Below, one piece after another: positions 1 through 10,827 of a DNA stretch of 64,000 nucleotides (position 1 is the first letter of the stretch; each line of letters opens with the position of its first letter). The translations under genes and the position numbers were made by a program. The notes below the pieces were generated by a model. That model did not search any database, was not told the DNA's origin, and saw only the letters and a list, made by a program, of their open reading frames with translations. Source of the DNA: a candidate division FCPU426 bacterium (GTDB lineage Bacteria; Oederibacteriota; Muellerivitia; Muellerivitales; Muellerivitaceae); contig CAWCKJ010000013.1 in NCBI GenBank assembly GCA_963796105.1, positions 27,882 to 91,881 of the forward strand. Direction: 5' to 3'.

Positions 1-244
1 ATAGTATGAGTGAAATGAATAGTATAAATGGGAACATTATGAACAATTAACGGGTATTTTTTACATAAGAAGAAAGCATTTAAAGCCTGGTAGAGTTTAG
101 ACGTGTTTACTATTAATTTTGATGGGCTCTGGTTTTTAGGGCCTACTGCGGCCCGAAGCCCCGGGCTAAATTCCGGGGAGACGCTTCACTTAGGTAAAAT
201 TTTGTTCATTGAAAACTTGTAGATATGTCTAAAAAAGGTGGTTT

Positions 245-1060
245 ATGATCGAACACTTGGATGACTCAAAATACGCAAAGGGAACAGGCTTATTTTCAAT
301 TTATAACCGCGTCGAATTTCCTTCAGATGTTAAAAAACGCAGCTTGGCCCTATTGGAGTTCGGGACCGAGACTCTTTTAGAAAACGATTTTATCATATTA
401 GATTTTGTTCCTTTTCCAGGTTTAGGAAACATGGGGCAGAGTGAAATTTTGAAATATTCGTGGATACTATCTGAATCCCACAGGGTTTTAATTTATGACC
501 CCGTGAAGAAGAGATTGATTGATGAACTTTATACTTGTAGTCCTGAGAAGGATGGAAATTTGATGATGCAAAAAACTATGAAACTTATTGGAAAACCAGT
601 AAAGAGCATCCATTTAAATGAAATTGTAAGCAAAGAATTGGCATTACAAGAGGAACCTGAAAAGTTGTTTCACTCCGTGGGAGCTGCGTCTAGTCGCCTG
701 CGCTTGGCTCCGGATTCTAATTATTGTGTCTCATCGGTATTTTTTGATATTCCGGAGGGAAAATTAGATGAGGATCGTTTAGAAGTTATGCTGACTCAGG
801 CGCTTAATAAAGACGACCAAAAACCAGTTATTGAATCAACTTGCCGTTATGATCCTCAAGGTTATACTTATATACACCAATCACCGAAACATTTCGCTGG
901 ACTTCATAGTTATCCTGGAACCTTGAAATCAGCTCATTTGAGTCTTATAGGTACAGGAAACGCGATTGTTTCTGTGTTGGAAGATGTTGAGGATGTGGTT
1001 TATAAGAGAAAAAAAACAGAGCCTACTATCAGTGTGAAAATTGTTGCAGAGGGTTTTTAA
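245..1060 (+). CDS. Two-domain pyruvoyl-dependent decarboxylase of the S-adenosylmethionine decarboxylase (SpeD) fold, divergent
   Basis: N-half has ILSESH (autocleavage Glu-Ser motif) and LYTCS (catalytic Cys). C-half has YDPQGYT...LHSYP, resembling F-P-GYS...IH-TPE. RBS-like AGGTGG upstream. Confidence 0.65.
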   Translation: MIEHLDDSKYAKGTGLFSIYNRVEFPSDVKKRSLALLEFGTETLLENDFIILDFVPFPGLGNMGQSEILKYSWILSESHRVLIYDPVKKRLIDELYTCSPEKDGNLMMQKTMKLIGKPVKSIHLNEIVSKELALQEEPEKLFHSVGAASSRLRLAPDSNYCVSSVFFDIPEGKLDEDRLEVMLTQALNKDDQKPVIESTCRYDPQGYTYIHQSPKHFAGLHSYPGTLKSAHLSLIGTGNAIVSVLEDVEDVVYKRKKTEPTISVKIVAEGF

Positions 1061-1432
1061 TTATTGTTCAAATTATCACGGTGGATGAGTTGCTACATCC
1101 TATTTTTAATAATTCACCTAAAGACTCGACATTTTTTCCTTAAAATTCGTAAACACATCATTGGCTGGTAATTGTTTTTAAATGAACTAAAAGAATATTT
1201 AAGAATTAGCATTAATAAAAACTCCTAGTTAAGAAAAACCGTTTGAGGTCTTGATCAAGATTCCGAAGACAATCCACCCTAACAAACACTTGGAAATTAC
1301 ATGTAATTTTAAAGTTCGGAAGATTTGTTGCGTAATATTTTCATCCTGTGAAAAATACATAAAAAATTTACTTTAGAATAATCCTTCTTCAAAAAAAGGT
1401 TATACTCGTGTAAGCTGTAAAGTGTAATTTAA

Positions 1433-2089
1433 ATGTGTTTGCAAGGGAAACTCATGGGTTTTTTAAATATTATTTCGAACGCATTTAACCGCATTTCGAA
1501 ACAACATGCCGACTCATCTGATTGCCGTCAATTTAGAAAAGCAATCAAAAACAACTCAGATGATCACATATTGCGAACGCGTTTTGCAAAACATTGTTTA
1601 CAATATTGTTTTGCGAAAAAGGAATTGGTTAAGGAACTTTGCTCGGAAGCCATTGAACAGTTTGAAACGATCACCCGAACAGATGTGTTTGATCCGGAAT
1701 TTTTTTATTTGATGGGAAGGTTTTACCAGAATATAGACGAACGAAAAGCGCAATCTGCCTATCTGGAAGGGATTAAGCGTTTCAATCAATACATTGAAAA
1801 AAATCCAGGTCTGCGGAATCAATTTATGGAGATCACTCTTGCGACGGCTTTAAATCTTCTCACTTTAAAATCTAATCCGATTGACCCAGAATTGGAGAAA
1901 TTTTTTAAATTAGTCCGGAAATCATATCCTCTTCACATTAAGCGGGTAGAACTTGAAAAAGAAATAGAAAATCGGGAGTCTGATCCGGGACGTGTTCAAC
2001 AATTAAAAGAAGAACTAAAACGATTAAAAGCCACTCAAGACGAAAAAATGATAAATGCCAAAGAGAAGCCTTTACAAACGATCGATTAA
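1433..2089 (+). CDS. Hypothetical alpha-helical, TPR-like protein (start may be 1454)
   Basis: 218-aa ORF with a TPR-like segment EAIEQFE...PEFFYLMGRFY and a C-terminal coiled coil. Confidence 0.55.
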   Translation: MCLQGKLMGFLNIISNAFNRISKQHADSSDCRQFRKAIKNNSDDHILRTRFAKHCLQYCFAKKELVKELCSEAIEQFETITRTDVFDPEFFYLMGRFYQNIDERKAQSAYLEGIKRFNQYIEKNPGLRNQFMEITLATALNLLTLKSNPIDPELEKFFKLVRKSYPLHIKRVELEKEIENRESDPGRVQQLKEELKRLKATQDEKMINAKEKPLQTID

Positions 2090-2297
2090 ATTTAGAAATG
2101 AGATGGAAAATATTATTGCCATTCTGTTACAAAATCGTGGAATCAAGACCTGTAAACAATTTTATCGATAAACCTAAAAAGTAGAATTGGGACATAAAAC
2201 GCCAAAGTTATAGTATTATTTTGTTATAGATGATCAACATTTTGATTTTCAAAATGATTTTAATCTTAAAGCTCTAAGAAATTATGAGGTAATTTGG

Positions 2298-5200
2298 ATG
2301 TTCACAAAAAATCTTAAACAGCTCGACTTACCATATGTGCCTTCCAATAAGGACTTTGAGAAGTTAAGTCATTGGAGTGGAGTTATTTGTTTTTTAATAT
2401 TCCTATTTTCATCTGCATGGTTGCCTCAAAATCTGATGGCTCAACCCCCTCAACTTACCGTCAGCGGAGTTTCAATCGTAAATGGCACTTGCCAGGCTGT
2501 CCTTAAAGGAGTGAATGTTAATAGCTTGGAGTTTAGCATGGGTGAAGGTCTCCCTAGCGGTGTTGGGGGACCCATCACAGCCTCGGTGGCCTATGCAATT
2601 ACAGCCTGGAATTGTAACGTTGTTCGGATTCCCCTCAACCAGGACTATTGGTATTATTATCCTTGGAGTTATAGAAACACTGTGAATGATATTGTGGGTG
2701 TCTGTAGTTCTTACAATGCTTACTGCATTTTGGACCTCCATTGGTCTGGAAACGGGGTGTTGGGTTCTGCCACAACACAGCGGTCCATGCCAGATAATTA
2801 TGCGGTTACCTTTTGGAATAGTGTAGCTTCTGATCCGAGATTCAAGAACAATCCTACTGTAATTTTCGACCTTTTCAACGAACCGCAATATATATCTGCG
2901 TCAACATGGCAAAATGGTGGCACTTCTTCAGAGGGATTTGCTTGCCCAGGAATGAACACACTTATTTCCACGATCAGAAATGCTGGCGCAACAAAAAACC
3001 TTATTTTGGCGGAAGGTGTTACCTACGGTTATAGCCTTCTACCGTTGCTTGCAAGCAATAAATTAACTGATGCCAACAATAATCTTGCGTACTCCGCCCA
3101 CATTTATAATAACGACGCAGGCAATAATACAGCTAACTTTGATACTAATGTGACAACTCCGGCTAAAACTGCGGGTGTACCTGTTTTCATTGGGGAGTTC
3201 GGGGCAACTTCAGGTGACGGGGCTGGCTATATTACGACTGTTACTAATTGGATGAACACCAATAATTTTGGAGGATGCGCTTGGACTTTTAACGCGGATT
3301 CGGGTGACAATTACGAATTGATTTCAGGCTGGGCAGCGAACCCCACCGCGACCGCATATGATGGAGTGCCCGTTACAACATGGCTTGGAAACGCCGCATG
3401 GACTTGCATTTCAGCTAAACCTTCCAACCCAATTACCAATACTCCGACCCCGGTTCCAACCGCGGCCTCATGTTTCTTGGTGGACGACTTGGAAGATGGA
3501 AATCTTATTAACAACACTAACGGAATGTGGTTTACGTATCATTGGTCAACAGTTAACGCTACCCAAGTCAACACCCCTGGCCCTATGGCAAGCGATTGGT
3601 GCGCATCCTCCCAAACACCTTCCTGCGCAACTATTCTCGATAATACGACTGCCGGTAGCGGTACTTATTCAGCTCATGTCAGTGGTTTTTACGTCATCGA
3701 CGGAGGCACTACGAATGTCGGTGCGCCATTTAATGCCTCAGAAACAGTTTATGCCGGGTTTGGCCTTGCGACTGACTTGGCCCCTGGATATACAAACTTA
3801 AGTTGGGTTACCCAAGTATCCTTTTATGTTAGGTCAACTATTGCTCCTGTTACCATTCGAATGAATTTTAACAATCCTTCGCTTGCTGCCGCTCCTTATT
3901 TATATATGGGTGGAACTTCGCAAGCTCAAACGGTTGGTGGAGGCGGCAACGACAACCAGTTCGGTTTTATGGTTACGATTGGAACTGCAAGTACCTGGCA
4001 GAAAATTGTCGTTCCTATTTCTGCGGCTGAATGTGGTGAGTGGGGATCAATATTACCTGTTATAGGTGGTGTCACTTATACGGCTGCTATGGCTTTAACC
4101 CAGGTTAATTCTCTTCGCTGGGAAACACAAAACGGTCCTGAAACATTTGGCTTTTGGATTGATGACGTATGCCTTTCTGGAACAAATCCACCGGCTACAG
4201 CTACGCCTAAAGCTGTTTCCACTTCAACATTTACCCCAACAAATACGTTAACCCGGACAAATACAGCTACAAATACACAGACACCGACTCAAACCCCAAC
4301 CCGGACAAACACAGCGACAAGCACTCTGACACCCACCCAGACTCAAACGGCAACACCGACCCGGAGCAACACGCCGACGAACACAATGACGATGACATCG
4401 ACGCCTACCCAGACGGCAACCCCTACCAGAAGCAATACGCCTACTAACACTTCTACTGCCACGAATACCCTGACTCCGACGCAGACCCCGACTAGGACGA
4501 ATACACCCACGAATACTCAGACGAATACGTCCACGAGCACCGCGACTCCCACACCGACTTTGACTCAGACCAGGACAAATACGGCAACAAATACTCAGAC
4601 CAATACAGCCACGAATACGGTGACATCCACTCCGACCCCGACTAGGACAAACACGCCGACCAATACGATTACGGCTACCTCCACTAGTACTCAGACGAAT
4701 ACAGCCACGAATACGGCGACATCTACGGCTACCCCGACCAGGACGAATACTGCAACCAATACACCCACAGCAACCTCAACGAATACCCCAACAAATACGG
4801 CGACATCCACGGCTACCCTAACCAGAACTAATACGTCGACCAATACAGTTACAGCTACCTCCACCAGTACACAGACGAATACAGCCACGAATACGATGAC
4901 CTCCACCGCCACTCCGACCAGGACGAATACGGCAACCAGTACCGCTACTAATACTTTGACTAGTACGGCCACGAATACGGTGACCTCCACCGCCACCCCG
5001 ACCAGGACGAATACGGCAACCAATACAGCCACGGCTACCTCAACGAATACCTCTACCAATACAGCGACATCAACCCCAACAAGGACGAATACACCGACCA
5101 GCACGGCAACTCCGACAGTGACTCCAACTGCGACCAATACCAGCACTGGAACCACGCCGCCAACGAACACACCGACGATTACGCCGACACGTACATCAAC

Positions 5201-8051
5201 GCCGACAGCGACGAATACGGCGACTTCGACCGCGACTCCGACAAGCACGTCAACCAGTACGCCTACAGCGACGCCGACGAGTACCTTGACCAGCACAAGG
5301 ACAAATACGCCCACTAGCACATCCACGCCGACAGTGACTCCAACTGCGACCAATACCAGTACTGGAACCACGTCGCCGACGAACACTCCGACGATTACAC
5401 CGACGCGTACATCGACGCCAACTGTGACGAATACGTCGACCTCGACCTCGACCCCGACGAGTACGTCAACCAGCACGCCTACGGCGACGCCGACTCGTAC
5501 GTCGACACCTACATCCACGAATACCTCGACCAATACAGTCACCAATACGGCGACACCCACATCAACGCTAACAAGGACAAATACGCCCACTAGCACGTCC
5601 ACACCGACAGTGACTCCGACCGCGACCAATACCAGTACTGGAACCACGTCGCCGACGAACACTCCGACGATTACACCGACGCGTACATCGACGCCGACAG
5701 CGACGAATACAGCGACCTCGACCGCGACCCCGACGAGTACGTCAACCAGCACGCCTACGGCGACGCCGACTCGTACGTCGACACCTACATCCACGAATAC
5801 CTCGACCAATACAGTCACCAATACGGCGACACCCACATCAACGCTAACAAGGACAAATACGCCCACTAGCACGTCCACACCGACAGTGACTCCGACCGCG
5901 ACCAATACCAGTACTGGAACCACGTCGCCGACGAACACTCCGACGATTACACCGACGCGTACATCGACGCCGACAGCGACGAATACAGCGACTTCGACCG
6001 CGACCCCGACGAGTACGCCAACCAGCACGCCTACGGCGACGCCGACTCGTACGTCGACACCTACATCCTCGAACACGCCGACGAATACGTCCACCAACAC
6101 ACCGACGAGTACAGCTACATCCACGTTGACGAGCACCTTGACCAGCACAAGGACAAATACGCCCACTAACACGGCAACTCCGACGGTGACTCTAACCGCG
6201 ACCAATACCAGCACGGGAACTCAGTCACCCACGAATTCACCGACGATCACGTCCACGGTCACAAATACGCCGACGCATACATCAACACCAACGGCGACTA
6301 ATACGCCGACCCCGACGAGTACGTCCACTAGCACGCCCACGGCGACGCCGACACGCACGTCGACTTCAACCTCCACGAATACCTTGACGAACACGCCTAC
6401 AGCGACGCCGACGGTTACCAATACTTTGACACATACTTCGACGCCTACGCCGACACCAACGGCTACAAACACGTCCACTAATACGCCTACAGCGACGGCG
6501 ACGCATACGCCAACTTCTACGTACACGTCAACGAATACCTCCACGAATACACCGACGGCAACAAACACCAATACCCCGACGGTGACGCCGACTGCGACTA
6601 ATACCAGTACGGGGACTCAGTCGCCCACGAGCACACCGACAATAACATCCACAGTTACCAACACGCCGACTCGAACATCAACACCAACATCTACCAGCAC
6701 GCCGACTCCAACCCCGACAGCAACTGCGACCAATACTTTGACTAGCACGAGAACGAATACGGCTACAAATACACCCACTAACACGTCAACAAATACTCCT
6801 ACACCGACGAGCACGTTAACCAACACGAGGACGAGTACGCCGACCAACACGTCCACGAATACTCCTACGCCGACGGATACGTTAACCAACACGAGGACGA
6901 ATACACCTACTAACACGCAGACTCCGACGGTAACACCGACTGCGACTAATACTAGTACGGGGACTCAGTCGCCGACAAACACGCCGACGATAACACCTAC
7001 TGTCACGAATACACTGACGCATACTTCGACACCAACGTCTACGGCAACCCCGACGGCGACGAGTACGTTTACAAATACTTTGACGCCGACAGCGACATCG
7101 ACATTCACAAATACTCTGACGAACACACTGACACCTACACCTACGGCTACAGCGACGTCTACTCCGACGAATACATTCACTGCGACCCCGACATTTACGT
7201 TTACGCCGACATCCACAAGAACGGGCACGCCCACAAACACATCTACAAATACGTTTACATGGACAAATACTCCGACCAACACGCCTACAGTTACGCTAAC
7301 TCCGACGCCGACGGTGGTGACTTTACAAGTTGCGCAGGGGTCACCAGCGCCTCCTAATACGAATCAAATACCAGGGGCATCCGGGGTAACTGTGCAACAG
7401 GCTCAAGTGACAAACCCGAGCAACAATCCTGCGACTATTACCACTCTCGTTTTGACAGATACAAGCACAGGGAATCCTTCAAGCGACATTACATTAGTGA
7501 CGGTGTATGAGAATGGAACAGCTGTTGGTACTGGGACGTTCAGTGGGACAACATCTACGGTCACTTTGACCAATCCTGTTGTGGTGAATGGCGGCGGAAC
7601 GGTTACATTCGAGGAAACAGTGACGATTTCAACCACGGCGTCCGGAACGGATCAATTTAGCTTAACGGGATTGACGGGAACAATTAACGGCCAGCCGACG
7701 ACTTCGCAGGGTTTACCGGTTCAAGGGGCTCAGGTCACGGTTTTGGCGCCAACTGCAACTGCGGTGGTGTCAAATACGGCGGTAGTTGTGGCTCCGAATC
7801 CAGCGGATGGGACACAACCAGTGAGCGTGATTGTACCGATGACAATGTCAGCTTCGGATGTTAAGGTTCAAGTGTTCACTACAGCCTTCAGGAAAGTTCA
7901 GGAGAAAACCTATCCATCGCTTCCAGCGGATCGAAAAGTTGAGGTTAGGTTGGTGGACGATTGGAACAAGCCTCTTGCTAGCGGTATATACTATGTGGTG
8001 ATACACACTTCCAAGGGTCGTTCTGTTGGTAAATTACTACTCTTGAGATAA
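2298..8051 (+). CDS. Secreted GH5 glycoside hydrolase + CBM11/CIA30-like domain + Thr-rich stalk + Ig-like domain + C-terminal sorting-like (FlgD-Ig/T9SS-CTD-like) domain
   Basis: GH5 motifs [21 protein letters not shown] (acid/base), [12 protein letters not shown] (nucleophile). LVDDLEDG...FWIDDV carbohydrate-binding-like domain. Hydrophobic N-terminal signal. C-terminal APNP...ASGIYYV...GKLLLLR. Confidence 0.88.
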   Translation: MFTKNLKQLDLPYVPSNKDFEKLSHWSGVICFLIFLFSSAWLPQNLMAQPPQLTVSGVSIVNGTCQAVLKGVNVNSLEFSMGEGLPSGVGGPITASVAYAITAWNCNVVRIPLNQDYWYYYPWSYRNTVNDIVGVCSSYNAYCILDLHWSGNGVLGSATTQRSMPDNYAVTFWNSVASDPRFKNNPTVIFDLFNEPQYISASTWQNGGTSSEGFACPGMNTLISTIRNAGATKNLILAEGVTYGYSLLPLLASNKLTDANNNLAYSAHIYNNDAGNNTANFDTNVTTPAKTAGVPVFIGEFGATSGDGAGYITTVTNWMNTNNFGGCAWTFNADSGDNYELISGWAANPTATAYDGVPVTTWLGNAAWTCISAKPSNPITNTPTPVPTAASCFLVDDLEDGNLINNTNGMWFTYHWSTVNATQVNTPGPMASDWCASSQTPSCATILDNTTAGSGTYSAHVSGFYVIDGGTTNVGAPFNASETVYAGFGLATDLAPGYTNLSWVTQVSFYVRSTIAPVTIRMNFNNPSLAAAPYLYMGGTSQAQTVGGGGNDNQFGFMVTIGTASTWQKIVVPISAAECGEWGSILPVIGGVTYTAAMALTQVNSLRWETQNGPETFGFWIDDVCLSGTNPPATATPKAVSTSTFTPTNTLTRTNTATNTQTPTQTPTRTNTATSTLTPTQTQTATPTRSNTPTNTMTMTSTPTQTATPTRSNTPTNTSTATNTLTPTQTPTRTNTPTNTQTNTSTSTATPTPTLTQTRTNTATNTQTNTATNTVTSTPTPTRTNTPTNTITATSTSTQTNTATNTATSTATPTRTNTATNTPTATSTNTPTNTATSTATLTRTNTSTNTVTATSTSTQTNTATNTMTSTATPTRTNTATSTATNTLTSTATNTVTSTATPTRTNTATNTATATSTNTSTNTATSTPTRTNTPTSTATPTVTPTATNTSTGTTPPTNTPTITPTRTSTPTATNTATSTATPTSTSTSTPTATPTSTLTSTRTNTPTSTSTPTVTPTATNTSTGTTSPTNTPTITPTRTSTPTVTNTSTSTSTPTSTSTSTPTATPTRTSTPTSTNTSTNTVTNTATPTSTLTRTNTPTSTSTPTVTPTATNTSTGTTSPTNTPTITPTRTSTPTATNTATSTATPTSTSTSTPTATPTRTSTPTSTNTSTNTVTNTATPTSTLTRTNTPTSTSTPTVTPTATNTSTGTTSPTNTPTITPTRTSTPTATNTATSTATPTSTPTSTPTATPTRTSTPTSSNTPTNTSTNTPTSTATSTLTSTLTSTRTNTPTNTATPTVTLTATNTSTGTQSPTNSPTITSTVTNTPTHTSTPTATNTPTPTSTSTSTPTATPTRTSTSTSTNTLTNTPTATPTVTNTLTHTSTPTPTPTATNTSTNTPTATATHTPTSTYTSTNTSTNTPTATNTNTPTVTPTATNTSTGTQSPTSTPTITSTVTNTPTRTSTPTSTSTPTPTPTATATNTLTSTRTNTATNTPTNTSTNTPTPTSTLTNTRTSTPTNTSTNTPTPTDTLTNTRTNTPTNTQTPTVTPTATNTSTGTQSPTNTPTITPTVTNTLTHTSTPTSTATPTATSTFTNTLTPTATSTFTNTLTNTLTPTPTATATSTPTNTFTATPTFTFTPTSTRTGTPTNTSTNTFTWTNTPTNTPTVTLTPTPTVVTLQVAQGSPAPPNTNQIPGASGVTVQQAQVTNPSNNPATITTLVLTDTSTGNPSSDITLVTVYENGTAVGTGTFSGTTSTVTLTNPVVVNGGGTVTFEETVTISTTASGTDQFSLTGLTGTINGQPTTSQGLPVQGAQVTVLAPTATAVVSNTAVVVAPNPADGTQPVSVIVPMTMSASDVKVQVFTTAFRKVQEKTYPSLPADRKVEVRLVDDWNKPLASGIYYVVIHTSKGRSVGKLLLLR
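4190..7315 (+). repeat. Low-complexity T-x-T-x (Thr/Pro/Asn/Ser) coding repeat with an internal 276-bp tandem unit
   Basis: ggaaccacgtcgccgacgaac recurs at 5364, 5640 and 5916 (276-bp period), with a variant at 5148. Confidence 0.9.
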
Positions 8052-8209
8052 ACTTAATAAGATTCTTTTCTCCCTTAGTGAATTTCTCTTAATTTCTAAA
8101 AGAAAATCCTAAAAGAACTATGTATTATTTGACAAATTGTTTTCATTAGGAAGGTTTTAAAATTTTTTATATAAAACCAATTTAATTTGGTATTTTACAG
8201 CCTATTTTC

Positions 8210-8238
8210 TTGACAAAGCTAGTTATGATTTTTAGAAT
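8210..8238 (+). promoter_or_regulatory. Sigma70-type promoter of the rpsP operon
   Basis: TTGACA-17 nt-TAGAAT upstream of rpsP. Confidence 0.7.
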
Positions 8239-8325
8239 CCTCATTCCTTTTCTTTAGGTAACATTGCAATTTGGAAATGTCATTAAACTGGAGTGTGGAA
8301 TAATTTTTCCTTATTTGGAGGTATT

Positions 8326-8574
8326 GTGTCAGTCAAAATACGTTTAAAACGAATGGGCAGCAACAAGAAGCCATATTTCCGACTCATTGTAGTGGACAGC
8401 CGGTTTCCCGGAAAAGGACGTCGAGTTCAGGATCTTGGGACCTATAATCCCCGCTCGGACGATAACAGCGTGTTAAACTTAAATAAAGAAGCCATCTTGG
8501 AATGGCTTAAAAATGGAGCTATTCCTTCCGAGACTGTTCTGGGAATTCTCAAAAAGGCTGGAGTGAAAATCTAA
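8326..8574 (+). CDS. rpsP: 30S ribosomal protein S16
   Basis: VKIRLKRMG...PYFRLIVVDSR...LGTYNP. GTG start after GGAGG. Confidence 0.96.
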   Translation: MSVKIRLKRMGSNKKPYFRLIVVDSRFPGKGRRVQDLGTYNPRSDDNSVLNLNKEAILEWLKNGAIPSETVLGILKKAGVKI

Positions 8575-8657
8575 TTTTAAATTAGATAATTTATTCTTTT
8601 AATTGAAAAATCAATTTTAAAAATTAAAGTGATAAAACCCATTAAAAGAAGGTTTGC

Positions 8658-8888
8658 ATGAAAGAGTTAATTGAATTTGTCGCAAAGTCATTGGTGGATA
8701 AACCGGAAAGTGTCGCCATTCTTCAAAGAATGGAGGGCAATTTAACGGTGATGGAGCTTCGTGTTTCTAAAGATGACTATGGAAAGGTGATTGGAAAACA
8801 AGGGAGAACCATTAAAGCTCTTCGAACTCTCGTTTCCGCCTCTTGCGCAAAACACGGCTTAAAATATTCGTTAGAAGTCGTTGAATAA
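8658..8888 (+). CDS. khpA: KH-domain RNA-binding protein KhpA
   Basis: GKVIGKQGRTIKALR. Conserved position between rpsP and rimM. Confidence 0.92.
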   Translation: MKELIEFVAKSLVDKPESVAILQRMEGNLTVMELRVSKDDYGKVIGKQGRTIKALRTLVSASCAKHGLKYSLEVVE

Positions 8889-9441
8889 TTCTACCAATGC
8901 AATTCCGAGCGACCACCCCGAGGAATTCATCGTTCTTGGAACCATAGTTCGCCCGCACGGCTTAAAAGGGGAACTGAAAGTATCTCTTGCGTGTTCAGGA
9001 ATAAACCGTTTACTGGAATGTAATTCCCTTCGATTGACGAAAAACGGAAAAGAATTAAAAAGGGTTTCTTTAATTAGAGCTTTTTTGCGTCCGGATGGAG
9101 ATGCTGTGATTCGTTTAAAGGAAATAACCGGAGTAGATGAAGCCGAGCAATTACGAGGTTGTTGTTTATCCGTTCTTCTAAAGGATAGAGCTGAAGCTCC
9201 TGAAGGGCATTTTTTTATTGATGATTTATACGGGATGAAGGCTATAACATCAACGGGTATGGATCTTGGCATAGTTGCTGAAGTCTTGGATGGGAAAGCC
9301 AATGCTATTTGTATAGTTCGCCGGGGAAGTACTGAAAGATTAATCCCCTTTGTTAAGTCAACCATTAGAAAGGTGGATTTGAAAACTAAAACGATAATCG
9401 TGGATCTGCCGGAAGAGATTGATGCGGAAACTGAATATTGA
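8881..9441 (+). CDS. rimM: 16S rRNA processing protein RimM
   Basis: LGTIVRPHGLKGE, FFIDDLYG, LIPFV. Synteny. Confidence 0.93.
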   Translation: MNNSTNAIPSDHPEEFIVLGTIVRPHGLKGELKVSLACSGINRLLECNSLRLTKNGKELKRVSLIRAFLRPDGDAVIRLKEITGVDEAEQLRGCCLSVLLKDRAEAPEGHFFIDDLYGMKAITSTGMDLGIVAEVLDGKANAICIVRRGSTERLIPFVKSTIRKVDLKTKTIIVDLPEEIDAETEY

Positions 9442-10222
9442 CATACTGACTTTATTTCCGGGGTATTTCCGAGGTCCTTTTACTGAAAGCATAGTTAAAA
9501 GAGCGCTTGAAAAGAAAATTCTTGATGTCCGTGTCCATGACATCCGGGATTACACTAACGATAAACGCCGAACAGCTGATGATATTCCTTATGGCGGCGG
9601 AGCGGGAATGGTGATGAAACCCGAACCTCTTTTGAAAGCGATTCGGATACTAAAAAAAAGGAAAAAAGGAGTAAAAGTTTTCTTAATGTCACCCCAAGGA
9701 AAGGTTTTTAATCACGCTTTGGCCATGAGCCTTTCTCGCGAGAAAAACCTTCTTTTTATTTGCGGCCATTATGAGGGAATAGATGAAAGGGCGATGAGAT
9801 ATATTGATGGGGAGATCAGTTTGGGAGATTTTGTTTTAACCGGGGGTGAACCTGCTGCTGCAGCAATGGTCGATTGTTTAATTAGGTTCCAACCAGGGGC
9901 TGTCGGTGACCGAAGATCGGTTGAAAAAGACAGTTTTTTTGATGGATTATTAGATTATCCACATTATACTCGTCCCCGCGTTTTTCAAGGGATGGAAGTG
10001 CCGGATATGCTTCTTTCGGGCAATCATGCGCTCATCAATAGTTGGAGAAAAAAAGAGTCAATCCGAAATACTTGGATTAAAAGGCCGGATCTTTTAGACC
10101 GGGTTAAATTGCTTGATGAAGAGAGAAAGTTGTTAATAGAGGTTCAATCGGAAGGGAAGACTCAAAAAAAAATACCGGAAGCTGATGAACGCATGAAAAG
10201 TGCAGGAGGAAGGAAAAAATGA
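9422..10222 (+). CDS. trmD: tRNA (guanine-N1)-methyltransferase
   Basis: ILTLFP, DDIPYGGGAGMVMK, ICGHYEGIDER, DFVLTGGE, LLSGNH. Confidence 0.97.
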   Translation: MRKLNIDILTLFPGYFRGPFTESIVKRALEKKILDVRVHDIRDYTNDKRRTADDIPYGGGAGMVMKPEPLLKAIRILKKRKKGVKVFLMSPQGKVFNHALAMSLSREKNLLFICGHYEGIDERAMRYIDGEISLGDFVLTGGEPAAAAMVDCLIRFQPGAVGDRRSVEKDSFFDGLLDYPHYTRPRVFQGMEVPDMLLSGNHALINSWRKKESIRNTWIKRPDLLDRVKLLDEERKLLIEVQSEGKTQKKIPEADERMKSAGGRKK

Positions 10223-10713
10223 ATTCAATTATTCAAAAATTCGAGAATACCCAAATTATTAGGAAATCAATCCCTTTTAAAGTTGGAGATAACGTAAAAG
10301 TTTCCCTGAGAATTAAAGAAGGTGAGAAGGAAAGAATACAGATCTACGAAGGCATTGTGATCGCAATCCAGGGTTCTGGAAGTAAAATGCGTTTCACCGT
10401 ACGCAAATTGTCATATGGCGTGGGTGTTGAAAAAACATTTTTCTACCAATCGCCCATGATAAAAGATGTGAAATTAACTCGATCCGGAAAGGTAAGAAGG
10501 GCCAAGCTCTTTTTCCTTCGTAAAAAAACAAGCAAGAAGGACTCTCGCATTCAAGAAAGTAAAAAAACGCTGAAAATCCCCGGGGAAGAGACGCCAGCTG
10601 AGGTGTCCGCTGCCCCGGAAGAAAAGCTTCCGGCTCCGGATGTTGAAAGCCAAAAGAATGATCCGGAAATTAGGAAAAAAGATGAATCGAAGGAACAAAC
10701 TGAAAAGAAATAA
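10219..10713 (+). CDS. rplS: 50S ribosomal protein L19 with charged C-terminal extension
   Basis: GDNVKV...ERIQIYEG...FTVRKLSYGVGVEK...KVRRAKLFFLR. Confidence 0.96.
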   Translation: MNSIIQKFENTQIIRKSIPFKVGDNVKVSLRIKEGEKERIQIYEGIVIAIQGSGSKMRFTVRKLSYGVGVEKTFFYQSPMIKDVKLTRSGKVRRAKLFFLRKKTSKKDSRIQESKKTLKIPGEETPAEVSAAPEEKLPAPDVESQKNDPEIRKKDESKEQTEKK

Positions 10714-10745
10714 TATTTTCTTCACCTGTTTATCCCTTAACCTAG

Positions 10746-10776
10746 AACCGCCGCATCTAATTGCGGCGGTTTTTTT
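10746..10776 (+). terminator. Rho-independent terminator after rplS
   Basis: aaccgccgca-tctaat-tgcggcggtt followed by a T run. Confidence 0.8.
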
Positions 10777-10827
10777 GTTGATCGCCCCTCTATTGCATGA
10801 GTCTCCAATCGAGGGTAGGATACAACC

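Noticed and set aside
120..190. c-di-GMP-I or SAM riboswitch before the SpeD-like gene
   Set aside because: Only superficial similarity (aagccccgggctaaa). The core conserved motifs are absent, so it is kept only as an unassigned hairpin.
4691..7282. Val/Gly-rich minus-strand ORFs (also 59700-61911 and off-frame plus ORFs up to 62471)
   Set aside because: Shadows of the Thr-rich coding repeats.
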